Positions 27,900-38,615 are shown, counted from the stretch's first letter. The stretch is 64,000 nucleotides of DNA from Pseudomonadota bacterium (GCA_017441205.1 JAFRYG010000150.1:3931-67930), one strand, 5' to 3'. Translations and numbers: made by a program. Notes: generated by a model from the sequence alone, not told the origin.

Positions 27900-28646
27900 C
27901 TAATCGGGCCCCAGACATTTTCCATCATAACAACCCAGCCCCTTCCCACACTTTTCATATTTTTTACATTTGTCATCTGCGCCGCAAAAATAATCATCTG
28001 AAGCAGGATCAATACACAAACCATCACAGTTGACCATGGGAGGCATGCAGGTTTCTATACATTCTGCATTCGCGCCCACACCAGAACAAAACCATGTATT
28101 TCCCGTCTTATCACTTCGGACATCCCTGCAGTGTGCGCAGTATTTTCCACAACACATAGAATACAGTTTGCAGACACCTTTATCCAGCCTGTAGGTATCC
28201 GTACACGTGGTAGCCTCACACTTTTTATCCGCCGTACACTCCCCCTGCATCCAACCGCCGGCTGATGTACAATTCTCGCGCAAGTCACCGCAATGTTCCA
28301 CCGTATCTGCTTCGCAAAAATGCCACTCCTTATCTCCGGCTTTTTTTTCGCCGTCCTCATCCGCAGTATTCTCCACCTTATGGGTGCGTTTGGGACACTC
28401 CGAACTGCAGTAAACATCTTCGCCAGGGATCATAATGCAATACGGCTGGGACTCCGGACATTTTTCTTGTTCAAAAAAATAACCATTTCTCACACAGTTA
28501 TCCCGGGAACATCGAAACGCACCTTCCTGAATATAAACGACACCTGGACAATCCTCTCCGTAATCCACGGGATCGTCCAGGTTGCATCCAGACACAGCTG
28601 CAGTGAACATGACAATGTGAATGGTGATGAGTTTCTGTATATTCAT
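27900..28646 (-). CDS. Cysteine-rich secreted lipoprotein (248 aa, about 34 Cys) with no recognisable catalytic domain.
   Basis: Signal peptide plus lipobox, MNIQKLITIHIVMFTAAVSGC. The Cys spacing resembles the neighbouring large Cys-rich gene. Confidence 0.65.
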   Translation of the reverse strand: MNIQKLITIHIVMFTAAVSGCNLDDPVDYGEDCPGVVYIQEGAFRCSRDNCVRNGYFFEQEKCPESQPYCIMIPGEDVYCSSECPKRTHKVENTADEDGEKKAGDKEWHFCEADTVEHCGDLRENCTSAGGWMQGECTADKKCEATTCTDTYRLDKGVCKLYSMCCGKYCAHCRDVRSDKTGNTWFCSGVGANAECIETCMPPMVNCDGLCIDPASDDYFCGADDKCKKYEKCGKGLGCYDGKCLGPD

Positions 28647-28699
28647 ATCGCGCCTTTCATTGCTGCTTTATCTGTATATATTCGTTCCCGGTTGTATCT

Positions 28700-31507
28700 C
28701 TATCTACAGGTCGAAATGTCGCTTTCCCCGCTGCCTTTAAGATTGATTATATAATCTGCACATACATAACCCTTATATGGCCCGGGAGGAGAGGTATTGC
28801 CGGATATTTTAAACCACCCGACCTCGCAATCTTTGCTCGTCTGTCCTTGTTTAAACTCCGTAATGGTTACCTTATAACCGCTTGGAATACCTTGACCCTT
28901 ATCATGAACCTTATTGTATTGCGTACCCGCATCTTCTCTGACATTGACGCCATTATCGGAATGAACAGTACCAGTTACAGGCACAACATACACCGATTCC
29001 TTACTGATATATCTTTTATTGCCATTATAGTTAATCACAAAATAATCGCCGGACTTTCCATGAATTGAGATCTTGGAATATTTGCTCACAGAACCATCTT
29101 TTCCGCTTCCTGCTGAAGTATATAACGATGCATCAGACGCCGCCATCCCTTTCGCGGAGACTCCCCGGCACTCATCTCCGCACAGCAAATAATTGCCGCT
29201 GCACGACAAAACGCATCTGGCGCCTTCGCACCCCACAGATCCGTTGGACGGCGGATTGCAAATCTCCGAATCTACCCATTGGTTGTCCTGGCACATCTGA
29301 ACGGCCCGGTTCCCATCACACCGTTCTTTGCGTTCCTCGCAGATTCGCTCTTCACAAAATGTCTGGCGCTTAACGTAATTGGCACCGCACTCAAAGTCAC
29401 ACCCTCCCGTTTTTGAACATGTCGGTGTCCCGTTCTCAGGCGCGCTGCACGGCACCGGTACCCATTGATTGCCGGTACAGGTCAGAAATTCCGAATTATC
29501 TTCCCTGCACATCGTATCCCCTTCCTCGCAGTTCTTTACTTCACAGCCGCTGCCATCATCCGTCGTTCTGTATCCCTCCTCACACGAAAAGGCACACTCC
29601 CCGGCCACACACGTATTGACCGCATTCGCAATCCCGCACTTGTGCCCGCACTCACTGCAGTGATCCGGCGAGGAATTCAAATCGACACATTCGCCCGAAC
29701 AGTCCTCATACCCCTCTTTACAGTCGTAACCGCAGGCCCCCTCGCTGCATGAAGCCTGTGCATTGGCTGCCTCCGTCGAACAGTCATAAAGATCCTTCCA
29801 TTCATTATCCTCGCATTGCTGCAATGTAATTCCATTGCATCGAGTGGCCCCCTCAAAACATACAAATGGTACGCAGCCGGTATTGTCTTTGTTTACAACG
29901 TAATCAGATTCACATTCAAAATGACATACGCCGTTGACGCAGGAATTCTCAGCATTCGTAATTTCACACGACGTATTGCAATCGCCGCAGTGCAGGGGAT
30001 CTGTCTTTAAATTGTAGCAGGCATCATCTCCGCATAAAGTGTAGTTATCCAGGCAGCGCCTGTCACACCCGAAGCTTACATCGCAGACGGGCTCAGCATT
30101 ATCGATATCCGTCGTGCAGAATTTCTGGGTTACCCACTTATCATCTTCGCATTTCTGATATCTGAGCTTATCGCATTGATATGCTCCATCGAAACAATTG
30201 CGCTCCCTGCACCCCGTTCCATCCTCATTTTTAATATATCCGGGGTTGCATGTAAAAACGCATTCCCCGCCCTTACATTCACTGACTGCATTCTCAACAT
30301 CGCACGCATTCCCGCATGCACCGCAGTGATTGACAGAATGATTTATGTCGTAGCACCCATCACCACATTCTTCATAGCCTTCCCCGCATTTGCAAGTGCC
30401 ATCCACACAAATCTCATTTACCTTACAGGTGGCGTCACCGCATTCAGTACCGGGTTTCACACAGGCATCATCAAACAGTTCAAAATTCTCGGAACATTTT
30501 TCGGGCACACAGCGTCCATTCTCACACCGCCCCGACTCCCAGCCTTTTACCGACTTACTGCATTGAATTCCATCTATGCCGCAGGCATCTTCAGAATCCT
30601 TAACGCACTTTGCCGCACCATCCACTTTCTCAATATGATAATTCGCCAAACAAATTTCGGGTCTGCACTGTCCTTTCACGCAGACACCATATAACCAGCC
30701 AGCCGTTTTGGAGCAGTCATTGCCGCATTCACCGCAATTGGAAGCATCGCTCTGAATGTCAACGCATGTTCCATTTTCTCCGTCTTTTGCACAATTAACC
30801 GTGCCTTCTTTCAGACAGACACACTTTCCTTCCTGACACTGCTGTGCCGTCGAACACCCCTTCGTAATATTGCAGCTGCTTTGCCCGCAGTAGGTATTAC
30901 TCGTCTGCGGGTCAATACAGGTTCCTCCGCACTCAAACTCATCTTCGCCGCACAAATCGACGCATTGGGCATTCTTCCCCGTTCCCGAACACACCTTGTG
31001 CTTGACGCGAGTGCAGTCCTGACAGAATTCGCCGCAGCACCGGGCCGCTGTCACACAGTCATTTCCCGTATGAATGAACGAATCCTGGCACTGCGTCGCC
31101 TCGCACTCATGCAGTGCATTGCAGATTGCCGCTATCCAGCCCTCGTGTCCATCTACATTCAGACAATCAACACCTTCTTCGCCGCAATTATCCGCCGAAT
31201 CAGGCTCGCATTCAGAACTATTCTTCTCTGCGTCCTTAACATGATGCTGCCGTACGGGACAATCGAAACCACAATAATATCGCCCCTCATCATCCAGAAT
31301 ACACATCGGGGCATCCGGCGGACACTGCTGTTTATCGAGATATTTGTTATATTCCGGGCATTCCTCGGATTTGCAATTTTTTACCGGCCCCCACACGTAC
31401 TCAGCTTCACAGTCAGAACCGCGCTCACTGACTTCATCGAGCGTACAGCCGCAGATAATCAGCCCCAACAGGCAAAACAGGAGTATATTCGATATGGAAT
31501 GTCTCAT
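28700..31507 (-). CDS. Large secreted EGF-like cysteine-rich repeat protein with a C-terminal SH3b-like domain.
   Basis: Start trimmed to MRHSISNILLFCLLGLIICGC (GGGAG RBS). About 100-residue units are repeated, containing C.EG...C...L.C..N.W...C and CG.CG..C...NA..C..G.C.F.C..GY. The C-terminus (GTVHSDNGVNVREDAGTQYNKV...GYKVTITEF...GWFKIS) matches the bacterial SH3 fold pattern. Confidence 0.75.
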   Translation of the reverse strand: MRHSISNILLFCLLGLIICGCTLDEVSERGSDCEAEYVWGPVKNCKSEECPEYNKYLDKQQCPPDAPMCILDDEGRYYCGFDCPVRQHHVKDAEKNSSECEPDSADNCGEEGVDCLNVDGHEGWIAAICNALHECEATQCQDSFIHTGNDCVTAARCCGEFCQDCTRVKHKVCSGTGKNAQCVDLCGEDEFECGGTCIDPQTSNTYCGQSSCNITKGCSTAQQCQEGKCVCLKEGTVNCAKDGENGTCVDIQSDASNCGECGNDCSKTAGWLYGVCVKGQCRPEICLANYHIEKVDGAAKCVKDSEDACGIDGIQCSKSVKGWESGRCENGRCVPEKCSENFELFDDACVKPGTECGDATCKVNEICVDGTCKCGEGYEECGDGCYDINHSVNHCGACGNACDVENAVSECKGGECVFTCNPGYIKNEDGTGCRERNCFDGAYQCDKLRYQKCEDDKWVTQKFCTTDIDNAEPVCDVSFGCDRRCLDNYTLCGDDACYNLKTDPLHCGDCNTSCEITNAENSCVNGVCHFECESDYVVNKDNTGCVPFVCFEGATRCNGITLQQCEDNEWKDLYDCSTEAANAQASCSEGACGYDCKEGYEDCSGECVDLNSSPDHCSECGHKCGIANAVNTCVAGECAFSCEEGYRTTDDGSGCEVKNCEEGDTMCREDNSEFLTCTGNQWVPVPCSAPENGTPTCSKTGGCDFECGANYVKRQTFCEERICEERKERCDGNRAVQMCQDNQWVDSEICNPPSNGSVGCEGARCVLSCSGNYLLCGDECRGVSAKGMAASDASLYTSAGSGKDGSVSKYSKISIHGKSGDYFVINYNGNKRYISKESVYVVPVTGTVHSDNGVNVREDAGTQYNKVHDKGQGIPSGYKVTITEFKQGQTSKDCEVGWFKISGNTSPPGPYKGYVCADYIINLKGSGESDISTCR

Positions 31508-31920
31508 CTGTACTCCCTGTGCGTTCAACCAACGATTCAACCACCAGTTTTGCTGCAACTTTGTTACGCTCATCTTCATTGCATAATTCCGATGCATTCG
31601 GATACTTATTATAGCATAATTTATCCGAATTCCGCCATTTTTTCACTCACAGTTTAATCCCGTAGTCAGAAATAGCCATTTTCAAAACTGACATCCGCGC
31701 ATTGTCGCACAAAGACTGCTTTTTAAAGGGGGCAGTGGCCCCCTTCGCGGCTACCGCTGCGCGATACGCCGCTACCCCCACTGCGGGGACACCCCGCAAC
31801 GCCCCGAATCCAAACAAACCGCCTCAGTTCGCAAAGCGCCATTCACTACGAATAGCATTGTCTTCACAATACCTCATTCCTAACAACTCGCCTCAGTTCG
31901 CAAAGGGCCACCGCAGGGCA

Positions 31921-31958
31921 CAAAAAAACCTGCGAGCAGCGCACGCAGGTTTTTAAAT
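31921..31958 (-). terminator. Bidirectional rho-independent terminator (cctgcgagcagcgcacgcagg flanked by A7 and T5).
   Basis: GC hairpin followed by a T-run on the minus strand, directly after the stop of 31974..32591. Confidence 0.65.
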
Positions 31959-31973
31959 CGGAATCAGAATTCC

Positions 31974-32591
31974 TTAGAATTTTGCGTGAAGTCCAAGTCC
32001 ATTGAATTCCGGCGAAACATACAATTGCGGACTCCACTCAAATTCGAGTCCGGCAATTTCGCCGCGGCGATAGGGATTGAATTTGACTGCTTCAGCAATC
32101 AATACACCAATACCCGTAATCGTCATAGCACCACCGAGAGCCCACAAACTGAGGCTGGCGATTACACTGCCAACGACACCACCCTCATCACCTTCGATAG
32201 CACTGCCAACGCCCCCACCAAAGTAAACAGCCGGTGCGATGACGAGAGAAAGCAACAAACCACCGCCGAAGAATCCCCAACCTACACCTTTATAAATGCG
32301 AGAATCTCTTCCCCAGTTATAGCCAGTCGAACTGATTCCCGACTGCTGGGCCGGCACCGGCTGAGCATAGACAGGCTGGGTATAAACAGGCTGACCATAG
32401 ACAGGCTGACCATAGACAGGCTGGGCATAGACAGGCTGTGCAGGCACAGCTGCCGGTGCAGCAGGCTGGACATACACCTGAACCGGCGCAGTATTGGGGT
32501 CAACAGCATCGCGAGGCACATCCGCAAATGCCATACCCGAACCCATCAATAAAAACAGGCCGATAAAAAACGCCTTCATAGCTGATCTCAT
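31974..32591 (-). CDS. Secreted protein with (QPVY[AG])n repeats and a Gly-zipper hydrophobic C-terminal region.
   Basis: GAAGGAG RBS. Signal peptide MKAFFIGLFLLMGSGMAFA. The repeat PVYAQPVYGQPVYGQPVYTQPVYAQPV. Glycine-zipper-like GxxxG segments. C-terminal ...SPQLYVSPEF...AKF. Confidence 0.6.
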   Translation of the reverse strand: MRSAMKAFFIGLFLLMGSGMAFADVPRDAVDPNTAPVQVYVQPAAPAAVPAQPVYAQPVYGQPVYGQPVYTQPVYAQPVPAQQSGISSTGYNWGRDSRIYKGVGWGFFGGGLLLSLVIAPAVYFGGGVGSAIEGDEGGVVGSVIASLSLWALGGAMTITGIGVLIAEAVKFNPYRRGEIAGLEFEWSPQLYVSPEFNGLGLHAKF

Positions 32592-32855
32592 TGTTTTCTC
32601 CTTCGCTCAAAAGAAAATTAAACGGACGACCTCCGTATTTTATTTTATTCAATTATATCAGCATAATCAATCCGACACAAGAATAAACAGTTATGATTCA
32701 TAAGGAGAAATGGGCTTCAGTAGCAAGGGGGCAGCTGAAGTGGAACACCTGCGATCGCAGTCCCACAGATACGTCGACATCCTGGCTTCGGCGACAGATG
32801 AATCAGTGCCCTTTGGGGCGCTATATTTGTCTCTGTGCTGCAGTTCACATCTGCT

Positions 32856-35800
32856 TTAGTTTTGCCGCAAAACAGCCTGCTTCTTTCGGCGCAGTACTGC
32901 GCCAGCGCCAATCACGGCCAGCCATAAAACCGGGAGTTTTGAATGTTTCGATTTTAACGGCACTGCAGTGCAGTCGGGATGTTCATCAACATGGACAACT
33001 GTTGCATAACAATTGCTGTAATCAATTTCACAGTCTTTTGTACAGCTGACATCTCCATTGCTGTATTTGTACCCCCATTGCTCACATTTGATTTTGTCAT
33101 CCGCAAAGAAATTGCCATCACATGGTTCACCGTTATTGACAATATCATCGCCGCAATAGGGTGTTAATACACATTGACTGAAGTCAATTTTACAATCTTC
33201 AGTACATTTAACCAGTCCAGAATTATATTTGCTGTCCCATTGTCTGCAGTGGTTCCTGTTTCCTTCAAAAGCAGAACCATCGCATTGTTCATCACCATTA
33301 ACAATATTATCGCCGCAATAGGGCGTCGCTATACATTGGCTGAAGTCGATTTTACAATCCTTTGTACAACCGACAGTTCCCTCGGTATACTTATTATCCC
33401 ATTGCGCACATTGAGTCTTATTCTCAACAAAGGCTGCGCCATCGCATAGTTCATAGTTGTTTATGACATTATCGCCGCAGTAGGGTCTGAGTGTACATTG
33501 ACTGTAATCGATCCTGCAATCATTTGTGCAGGAGACGTTTCCTGCACTGTATTTACTGTCCCATTGTATACATTGGGTTCTGTCCCCTTTAAAACTGGAA
33601 CCGTCACATGACTCATTGTTATTCACAATATTATCGCCGCAATGAGGGGCAAGAATACATTCACTGTAATCGATCTCACAGTCGTTTGTACAGGAGACGT
33701 TTCCTGCACTGTATTTGGTGTCCCAATGTATACATTTGGTTTTATTCCCTTTAAAGTTGGAACCATCGCATAATTCATCGTTATTCACAATGCTGTCGCC
33801 GCAATAAGGAGCGAGTGTACATTTGCTGTAATCAATTTCACAACTGCTTGTACAGGAGACGTTTCCTGCGCTGTATTTGCTGTCCCATTGTGCACATTGC
33901 GTTTTATCATCTATAATCTGCAAACCATCGCATAATTCACTGTTATTCACAATATTATCGCCGCAATAAGGAGCGAGTGTACATTTGCTGTAATCAATCT
34001 CACAACTGCTTGTACAGGAGACGTTTCCTGCACTGTATTTGCTGTCCCATTGTACACATTGCGTTTTATTGCCTTTAAAAACAGAACCATCGCACAATTC
34101 GCCATCACCGAGAATATGATCGCCGCAGTTTGCAGTCACGATACATTGACTGTAATCGATCTCACAGGATTTTGTACAAGCAACATTCCCTGCGCTGTAC
34201 ATGCTGTCCCAATCCGCACATTTGGTCTTGTTATTTGAGAAAATAGAACCATCACAATTCTCAAGGTTGTCCAGCTTCCCATTGCCGCAGCAGCTGCAGG
34301 CTGGATCATCGCAGTCAATTTTATCATTGCCATCATCGTCGTATCCGTTGCCGCAGATTTCTTTGTATTGGCCAGCGACTTCAGGGGCAATCGAAATAAT
34401 CCAGTCGTAATAATCCTGTACGGCAGTACTGACATTAAAGGTCCTGCACGGAGGATCCCCATAACTCGTAACACCAACGACATAGCGCTTGCCGCCGACA
34501 GTATAAAACGTCGGTCCGCCGGAATCGCCGCTGCAGTGTCCGCCATCGTTATATGGCGCGTACATCGTGTGGTAAGGTATCGACACAGGGACGGTCGCAT
34601 CGTAATAACCATACTCTTCGCAGTATTCCTTATTGGGGTGGCAGCCTTCGATGTGCACAAAACCGACATCGCAGGTCTCTCCCGCTTCTGGGTTATAGGT
34701 ACCGCAGTAATGTGTCGTTGGTATGGATATACTCATTTTCTTGCCGGAAACGCCATTTTCGTCAACGCCAAACCCACTCGTAACCATCATTTCCGGCAGG
34801 CCATCAGGGGCAAATGCAAGCCATTTGGGAAGGGGAGGCACAGGTGCGGCGACATCACTTCCGATAGGTTTATTCAGCTTGATGAGCGCAATATCATTCA
34901 AGGCAAAATCATCTGTGCTTTGGTATTCAGGGTGATAAAAGAAATACTCCGCTCCGGCAGTATCGTAGGGAATCAGCGCGTTTTCGTTATATCCGATGCC
35001 GACTTTTGCAATTTCATTGTCCTCGGATTCTGTAATGAATTCAGATTCAGTGTCGGTCACACAATGCGCTGCGGTGAGCACCCACTGTGGATGAATGAGT
35101 GTTCCGGTGCAGTAGGTATCGCCGGGGACGGTGCCTTCTGCCGGGGGAAGGTCAGGTCCAAAACCGTCGCAGTCTGTTCCGGCGTCATTGCACTTGCTCT
35201 TACAGTCGTAGCCGCTTTCATCAAGCGGGGCCCACATTTGGGTACCATTGACATTTTTACATTGAAAAACATGGGTATGACCTTCCGAACACTGCTTTGT
35301 CGTTTGACCTGATGCTGAGCACGTTGGCAGACAGTATATGAGCCGGGGTGACATCAGACATCGAAGTGGACTGCATTGCTCCGCATCTTCATCCCTGCAT
35401 TCCAGATAATCTGTCGTTCCGCCGCTGTCGCAGTCTGTTTGGGAGATGTTGCATCCGCCTGCACATAACTGGTTAGCACTGCTCGTATCCTCAATAAAAA
35501 CATTCCCACCCTCAATGGCTTTACAGATGCCGTGGCTTGTCATGACGTAGCCGTTGTTATTTCTGCAAAAGCTCGTGCTCGCCGGCTTGCTGCATTTTTC
35601 CAGGCAGTAATTTTTTTTGTCATTCGTAGCACACGTATAGTTATCCCCATAAAGAAAGGCGCAGAGGAAAACAAAATCTGAATCGCATGTCTTATAAACC
35701 GTGTCACGCACATCCGGAACAAAGAGTGATACGACCTCTGGTTTATCCGTATCCAGTGTACCGTACAAAATCGGCTGTGCATTTGTCCCAAACGATGGGG

Positions 35801-35870
35801 GAACATTTTGCTCATCGCATGCAGTCAGCAATATGCCCAAAATAATCAAATAAAGATGTCGACTTTTCAT
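32856..35870 (-). CDS. Secreted trypsin-like (S1) serine protease with 9 tandem about 50-aa cysteine repeats and a C-terminal hydrophobic helix + basic tail.
   Basis: Signal peptide MKSRHLYLIILGILLTAC. Catalytic triad blocks TAAHC, DIAL, GDSGGP. The repeats 'CGDNIVNN.E.CDGS.FKGNKT.C.QWDSKYSAGNVSCT..CEIDYS.C' are encoded by near-identical DNA units at about 33020..34340. The tail reads LPVLWLAVIGAGAVLRRKKQ. Confidence 0.85.
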   Translation of the reverse strand: MKSRHLYLIILGILLTACDEQNVPPSFGTNAQPILYGTLDTDKPEVVSLFVPDVRDTVYKTCDSDFVFLCAFLYGDNYTCATNDKKNYCLEKCSKPASTSFCRNNNGYVMTSHGICKAIEGGNVFIEDTSSANQLCAGGCNISQTDCDSGGTTDYLECRDEDAEQCSPLRCLMSPRLIYCLPTCSASGQTTKQCSEGHTHVFQCKNVNGTQMWAPLDESGYDCKSKCNDAGTDCDGFGPDLPPAEGTVPGDTYCTGTLIHPQWVLTAAHCVTDTESEFITESEDNEIAKVGIGYNENALIPYDTAGAEYFFYHPEYQSTDDFALNDIALIKLNKPIGSDVAAPVPPLPKWLAFAPDGLPEMMVTSGFGVDENGVSGKKMSISIPTTHYCGTYNPEAGETCDVGFVHIEGCHPNKEYCEEYGYYDATVPVSIPYHTMYAPYNDGGHCSGDSGGPTFYTVGGKRYVVGVTSYGDPPCRTFNVSTAVQDYYDWIISIAPEVAGQYKEICGNGYDDDGNDKIDCDDPACSCCGNGKLDNLENCDGSIFSNNKTKCADWDSMYSAGNVACTKSCEIDYSQCIVTANCGDHILGDGELCDGSVFKGNKTQCVQWDSKYSAGNVSCTSSCEIDYSKCTLAPYCGDNIVNNSELCDGLQIIDDKTQCAQWDSKYSAGNVSCTSSCEIDYSKCTLAPYCGDSIVNNDELCDGSNFKGNKTKCIHWDTKYSAGNVSCTNDCEIDYSECILAPHCGDNIVNNNESCDGSSFKGDRTQCIQWDSKYSAGNVSCTNDCRIDYSQCTLRPYCGDNVINNYELCDGAAFVENKTQCAQWDNKYTEGTVGCTKDCKIDFSQCIATPYCGDNIVNGDEQCDGSAFEGNRNHCRQWDSKYNSGLVKCTEDCKIDFSQCVLTPYCGDDIVNNGEPCDGNFFADDKIKCEQWGYKYSNGDVSCTKDCEIDYSNCYATVVHVDEHPDCTAVPLKSKHSKLPVLWLAVIGAGAVLRRKKQAVLRQN

Positions 35871-35988
35871 GATTCACTCATTCTTCAGACAAGACACAAT
35901 AACCATGTTCAATGGCAAGACGCCGCAGCGCCCTGTACTATACACCAATCCTGTGTTTTTACTGAATAAAATCAGCCCTGATAAAAAA

Positions 35989-36046
35989 GCGCGAGCGTAT
36001 TGGCGAAGCCAATAGCGAGCGCATGTGCGGCGTATGAAATAGCCGC
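35989..36046. repeat. REP-like element pair (gcgcgagcGTATTGGCgaaGCCAATAGCgagcgc, then gcggcGTATGAAATAGCcgc) that doubles as a minus-strand terminator for 36088..38604.
   Basis: Same core as the other REPs. On the minus strand the first hairpin is followed by TTTTTTAT. Confidence 0.55.
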
Positions 36047-36087
36047 ACCAATAAAAAAGAGGCAATTTTGGGCAAAGATGTTGGAAT

Positions 36088-38604
36088 TCATGGTTTGCAT
36101 TGAGGCTTTCTGGTTATGCCAGGCGTCGTTTTCCAGCTCGCGGATTTTTTTATCTTACAATAGTTATTATCAGATAATCCTGAATAATTGAACATTCCAT
36201 CTGCCTTAGTGCCAGCAGTAACAGTCCATCCGGAAAGATCCTGATTAAACGCCTTCGCCAGTCTGAACATATATTCCATATTCTTGACATTGGAAACCCG
36301 CCATTTGTTCAGAGGTTGGTTAAATTTAGATACTTTTCCATACAGGACCGATTTATCATTTCCAACACCGGCATTATCAAACATACACTTCATCGTAGTG
36401 ACTTTGGATACGTCCCAGGTGTTCAATGGCTGATTGAAGCTCGGAGTTCCTGCAAACATTTCAGACATGTCGGTAACTTCTCCGACATTCCACTTATCAA
36501 GCGGATAATTGAATTTTAATGCCTTCTTAAACATTCCCGCCATCGTTTTGACTTTTGAGACGTTCCAGTCATTCAGAGGCTGATTAAAACTATATGCCCC
36601 CGCAAACATATGAATCATATTCGTTGCACTGGAAACATCCCATTTACTGATATTCTGATTGAAATTATGCGCCAAATTAAACATGGATTGAAAACTGGTG
36701 ACGTTTTTGGGGTTCCATGAAGAGATATTTCCATTAAACGAACTTGCCTGACAAAACATGTGGTACATATCAGTCACATTGGTCACATCCCAGCTGTCCA
36801 GAGGTTGATTGAATTTTGATGCTCCCGAAAACATCGCACGCATCGTCGTAACCCTGGAAACATTCCACTTGTCAAGAGGCTGATTAAAGCTGGAATTGTA
36901 CTGAAAAACACCATGCATTCCAGTAACCTGGGAAACATCCCAATTTTCGATATTGACGTTAAAGTTCGAGCCATGAAACATGCCCCGCATATTCGTCATT
37001 TTGCTTGCATCCGGAATATCGACTGTGGATATTTGTGATAAGTTGTCAACATTACAAAAAGCAAATGGTCCTAAACCAACCGGGCCAAATGATTCAATTT
37101 TTATCAGATTATTGTAATTATTCGATAATTCAACAATCGATTCATTACCATTTGTTCCTGTATATGAACAAAACGCAAATCCGTCGTACTGCCCGCTAAT
37201 CTTTACGGTATATTCATCAGCTTCTGTATAAGTATGTGACATCTTAGGTGAACTACAGGAATCAATATCATCACTTGTTCCATCGCCCCAATTGACCTTA
37301 AACACACAATTTGTACCAATGGGAAGTACAAGTGTTTTATTGTCTTTATCAAACCGCCAGACCGTAACAAACTCTTTCGGTGCACATCGTCCATCAGCAC
37401 GACACTCATACCCATCAAGGCATTGTTTGCTATCAGTACAGCGTGTAGTACACCGATAGCCGACGGCGCTGTCACAGAAACCATCTTTTCCGCAGTTATC
37501 ATCTACACGGCAGGATGCACCCAATTTTTCACCGGATTCATGTTTATCATGCATGTGATTGTTATTAGCATCAATATATTTGCATACTTTATCACAGTAG
37601 CAATCATTATCCTTACATCCCGGATCATCCTTGCAGCTTTTATCATCTGTACAGGCGCCGGGAAAATAGCAACCGCCATTGGGTAAACACCCTTTTTCGC
37701 AGGACGAAGGACATATACATCCGCCATCATCTTTCCAGCCATTTTTACAACTTTCGTCACGCACACACAAGCCATCATCATCACATTTTCCAGTAACACA
37801 ATATTCCGGACATGAACACTGCTGAGCGGCATCACATCCATTCTGACAATTGGCCGGACAACAATCGCCATTTATATTACAACCATTCTCACACTCCAGA
37901 GCACACAAACAGACACCAGCAGCATTGCATCCATATCTGCATTTTGCATTACAGCAGATATTCCCATCTGCGTCGCATTTGTATTGATCAGTTAAATCGC
38001 CATTTCTAGGACAATCATCAGGACATTTGCAAACGCCGCTCTCATCACAGCCACGTTGACAATTCTCAGGGCAATTGCACGTACCATCCGGGCTATATCC
38101 ATTTTGACACTCCAGCTGAGGACAACTGCCATCTTCGCCACACAATGCTTCACACTGGATATTACATTTGCATGAACCATCTTCATTATTGGCTTCATCT
38201 TCATTCAAGCCATTATTGCAGCTGCACGAACCATTTGCTTTCCATCCGATTGTACATCCTTCTATTTGTCTGCATGAACCATCCGGCATCCAGCCCGCGA
38301 TACAGCTCTTGCATGCTCCATTTCGATTCGTCTCACACGGATTTCCATTATTTTCTACCGGTTGGCATCCCGTCTTATCTTCATTACATTGATACACACA
38401 TTTTTCAGCCAGCGACCAGTAGATATGGGATGTATTATTCTCTTTATCATGAGAGCTGTTAACGCCATCCGAACATTCATACAGGACACCGTTAGTACAT
38501 ATTGTATCACCCGGTTTGCAGTCTGCATCCATTAATTTATCATCACAGCCAGTCATACAGAATGCGATTGTTATCGACAAAATCAGATATTTTTTGAACA
38601 TCAT
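36088..38604 (-). CDS. Lipoprotein with an N-terminal C/N/G/D-rich low-complexity cysteine region and a C-terminal array of DUF285/BspA-type repeats.
   Basis: AAGGAG RBS. MMFKKYLILSITIAFCMTGC lipobox. More than 10 repeats of F.....FNQ.L..W(D/N)VS.VT.M..MF. Confidence 0.75.
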   Translation of the reverse strand: MMFKKYLILSITIAFCMTGCDDKLMDADCKPGDTICTNGVLYECSDGVNSSHDKENNTSHIYWSLAEKCVYQCNEDKTGCQPVENNGNPCETNRNGACKSCIAGWMPDGSCRQIEGCTIGWKANGSCSCNNGLNEDEANNEDGSCKCNIQCEALCGEDGSCPQLECQNGYSPDGTCNCPENCQRGCDESGVCKCPDDCPRNGDLTDQYKCDADGNICCNAKCRYGCNAAGVCLCALECENGCNINGDCCPANCQNGCDAAQQCSCPEYCVTGKCDDDGLCVRDESCKNGWKDDGGCICPSSCEKGCLPNGGCYFPGACTDDKSCKDDPGCKDNDCYCDKVCKYIDANNNHMHDKHESGEKLGASCRVDDNCGKDGFCDSAVGYRCTTRCTDSKQCLDGYECRADGRCAPKEFVTVWRFDKDNKTLVLPIGTNCVFKVNWGDGTSDDIDSCSSPKMSHTYTEADEYTVKISGQYDGFAFCSYTGTNGNESIVELSNNYNNLIKIESFGPVGLGPFAFCNVDNLSQISTVDIPDASKMTNMRGMFHGSNFNVNIENWDVSQVTGMHGVFQYNSSFNQPLDKWNVSRVTTMRAMFSGASKFNQPLDSWDVTNVTDMYHMFCQASSFNGNISSWNPKNVTSFQSMFNLAHNFNQNISKWDVSSATNMIHMFAGAYSFNQPLNDWNVSKVKTMAGMFKKALKFNYPLDKWNVGEVTDMSEMFAGTPSFNQPLNTWDVSKVTTMKCMFDNAGVGNDKSVLYGKVSKFNQPLNKWRVSNVKNMEYMFRLAKAFNQDLSGWTVTAGTKADGMFNYSGLSDNNYCKIKKSASWKTTPGITRKPQCKP

Positions 38605-38615
38605 GACCAGCTCCT

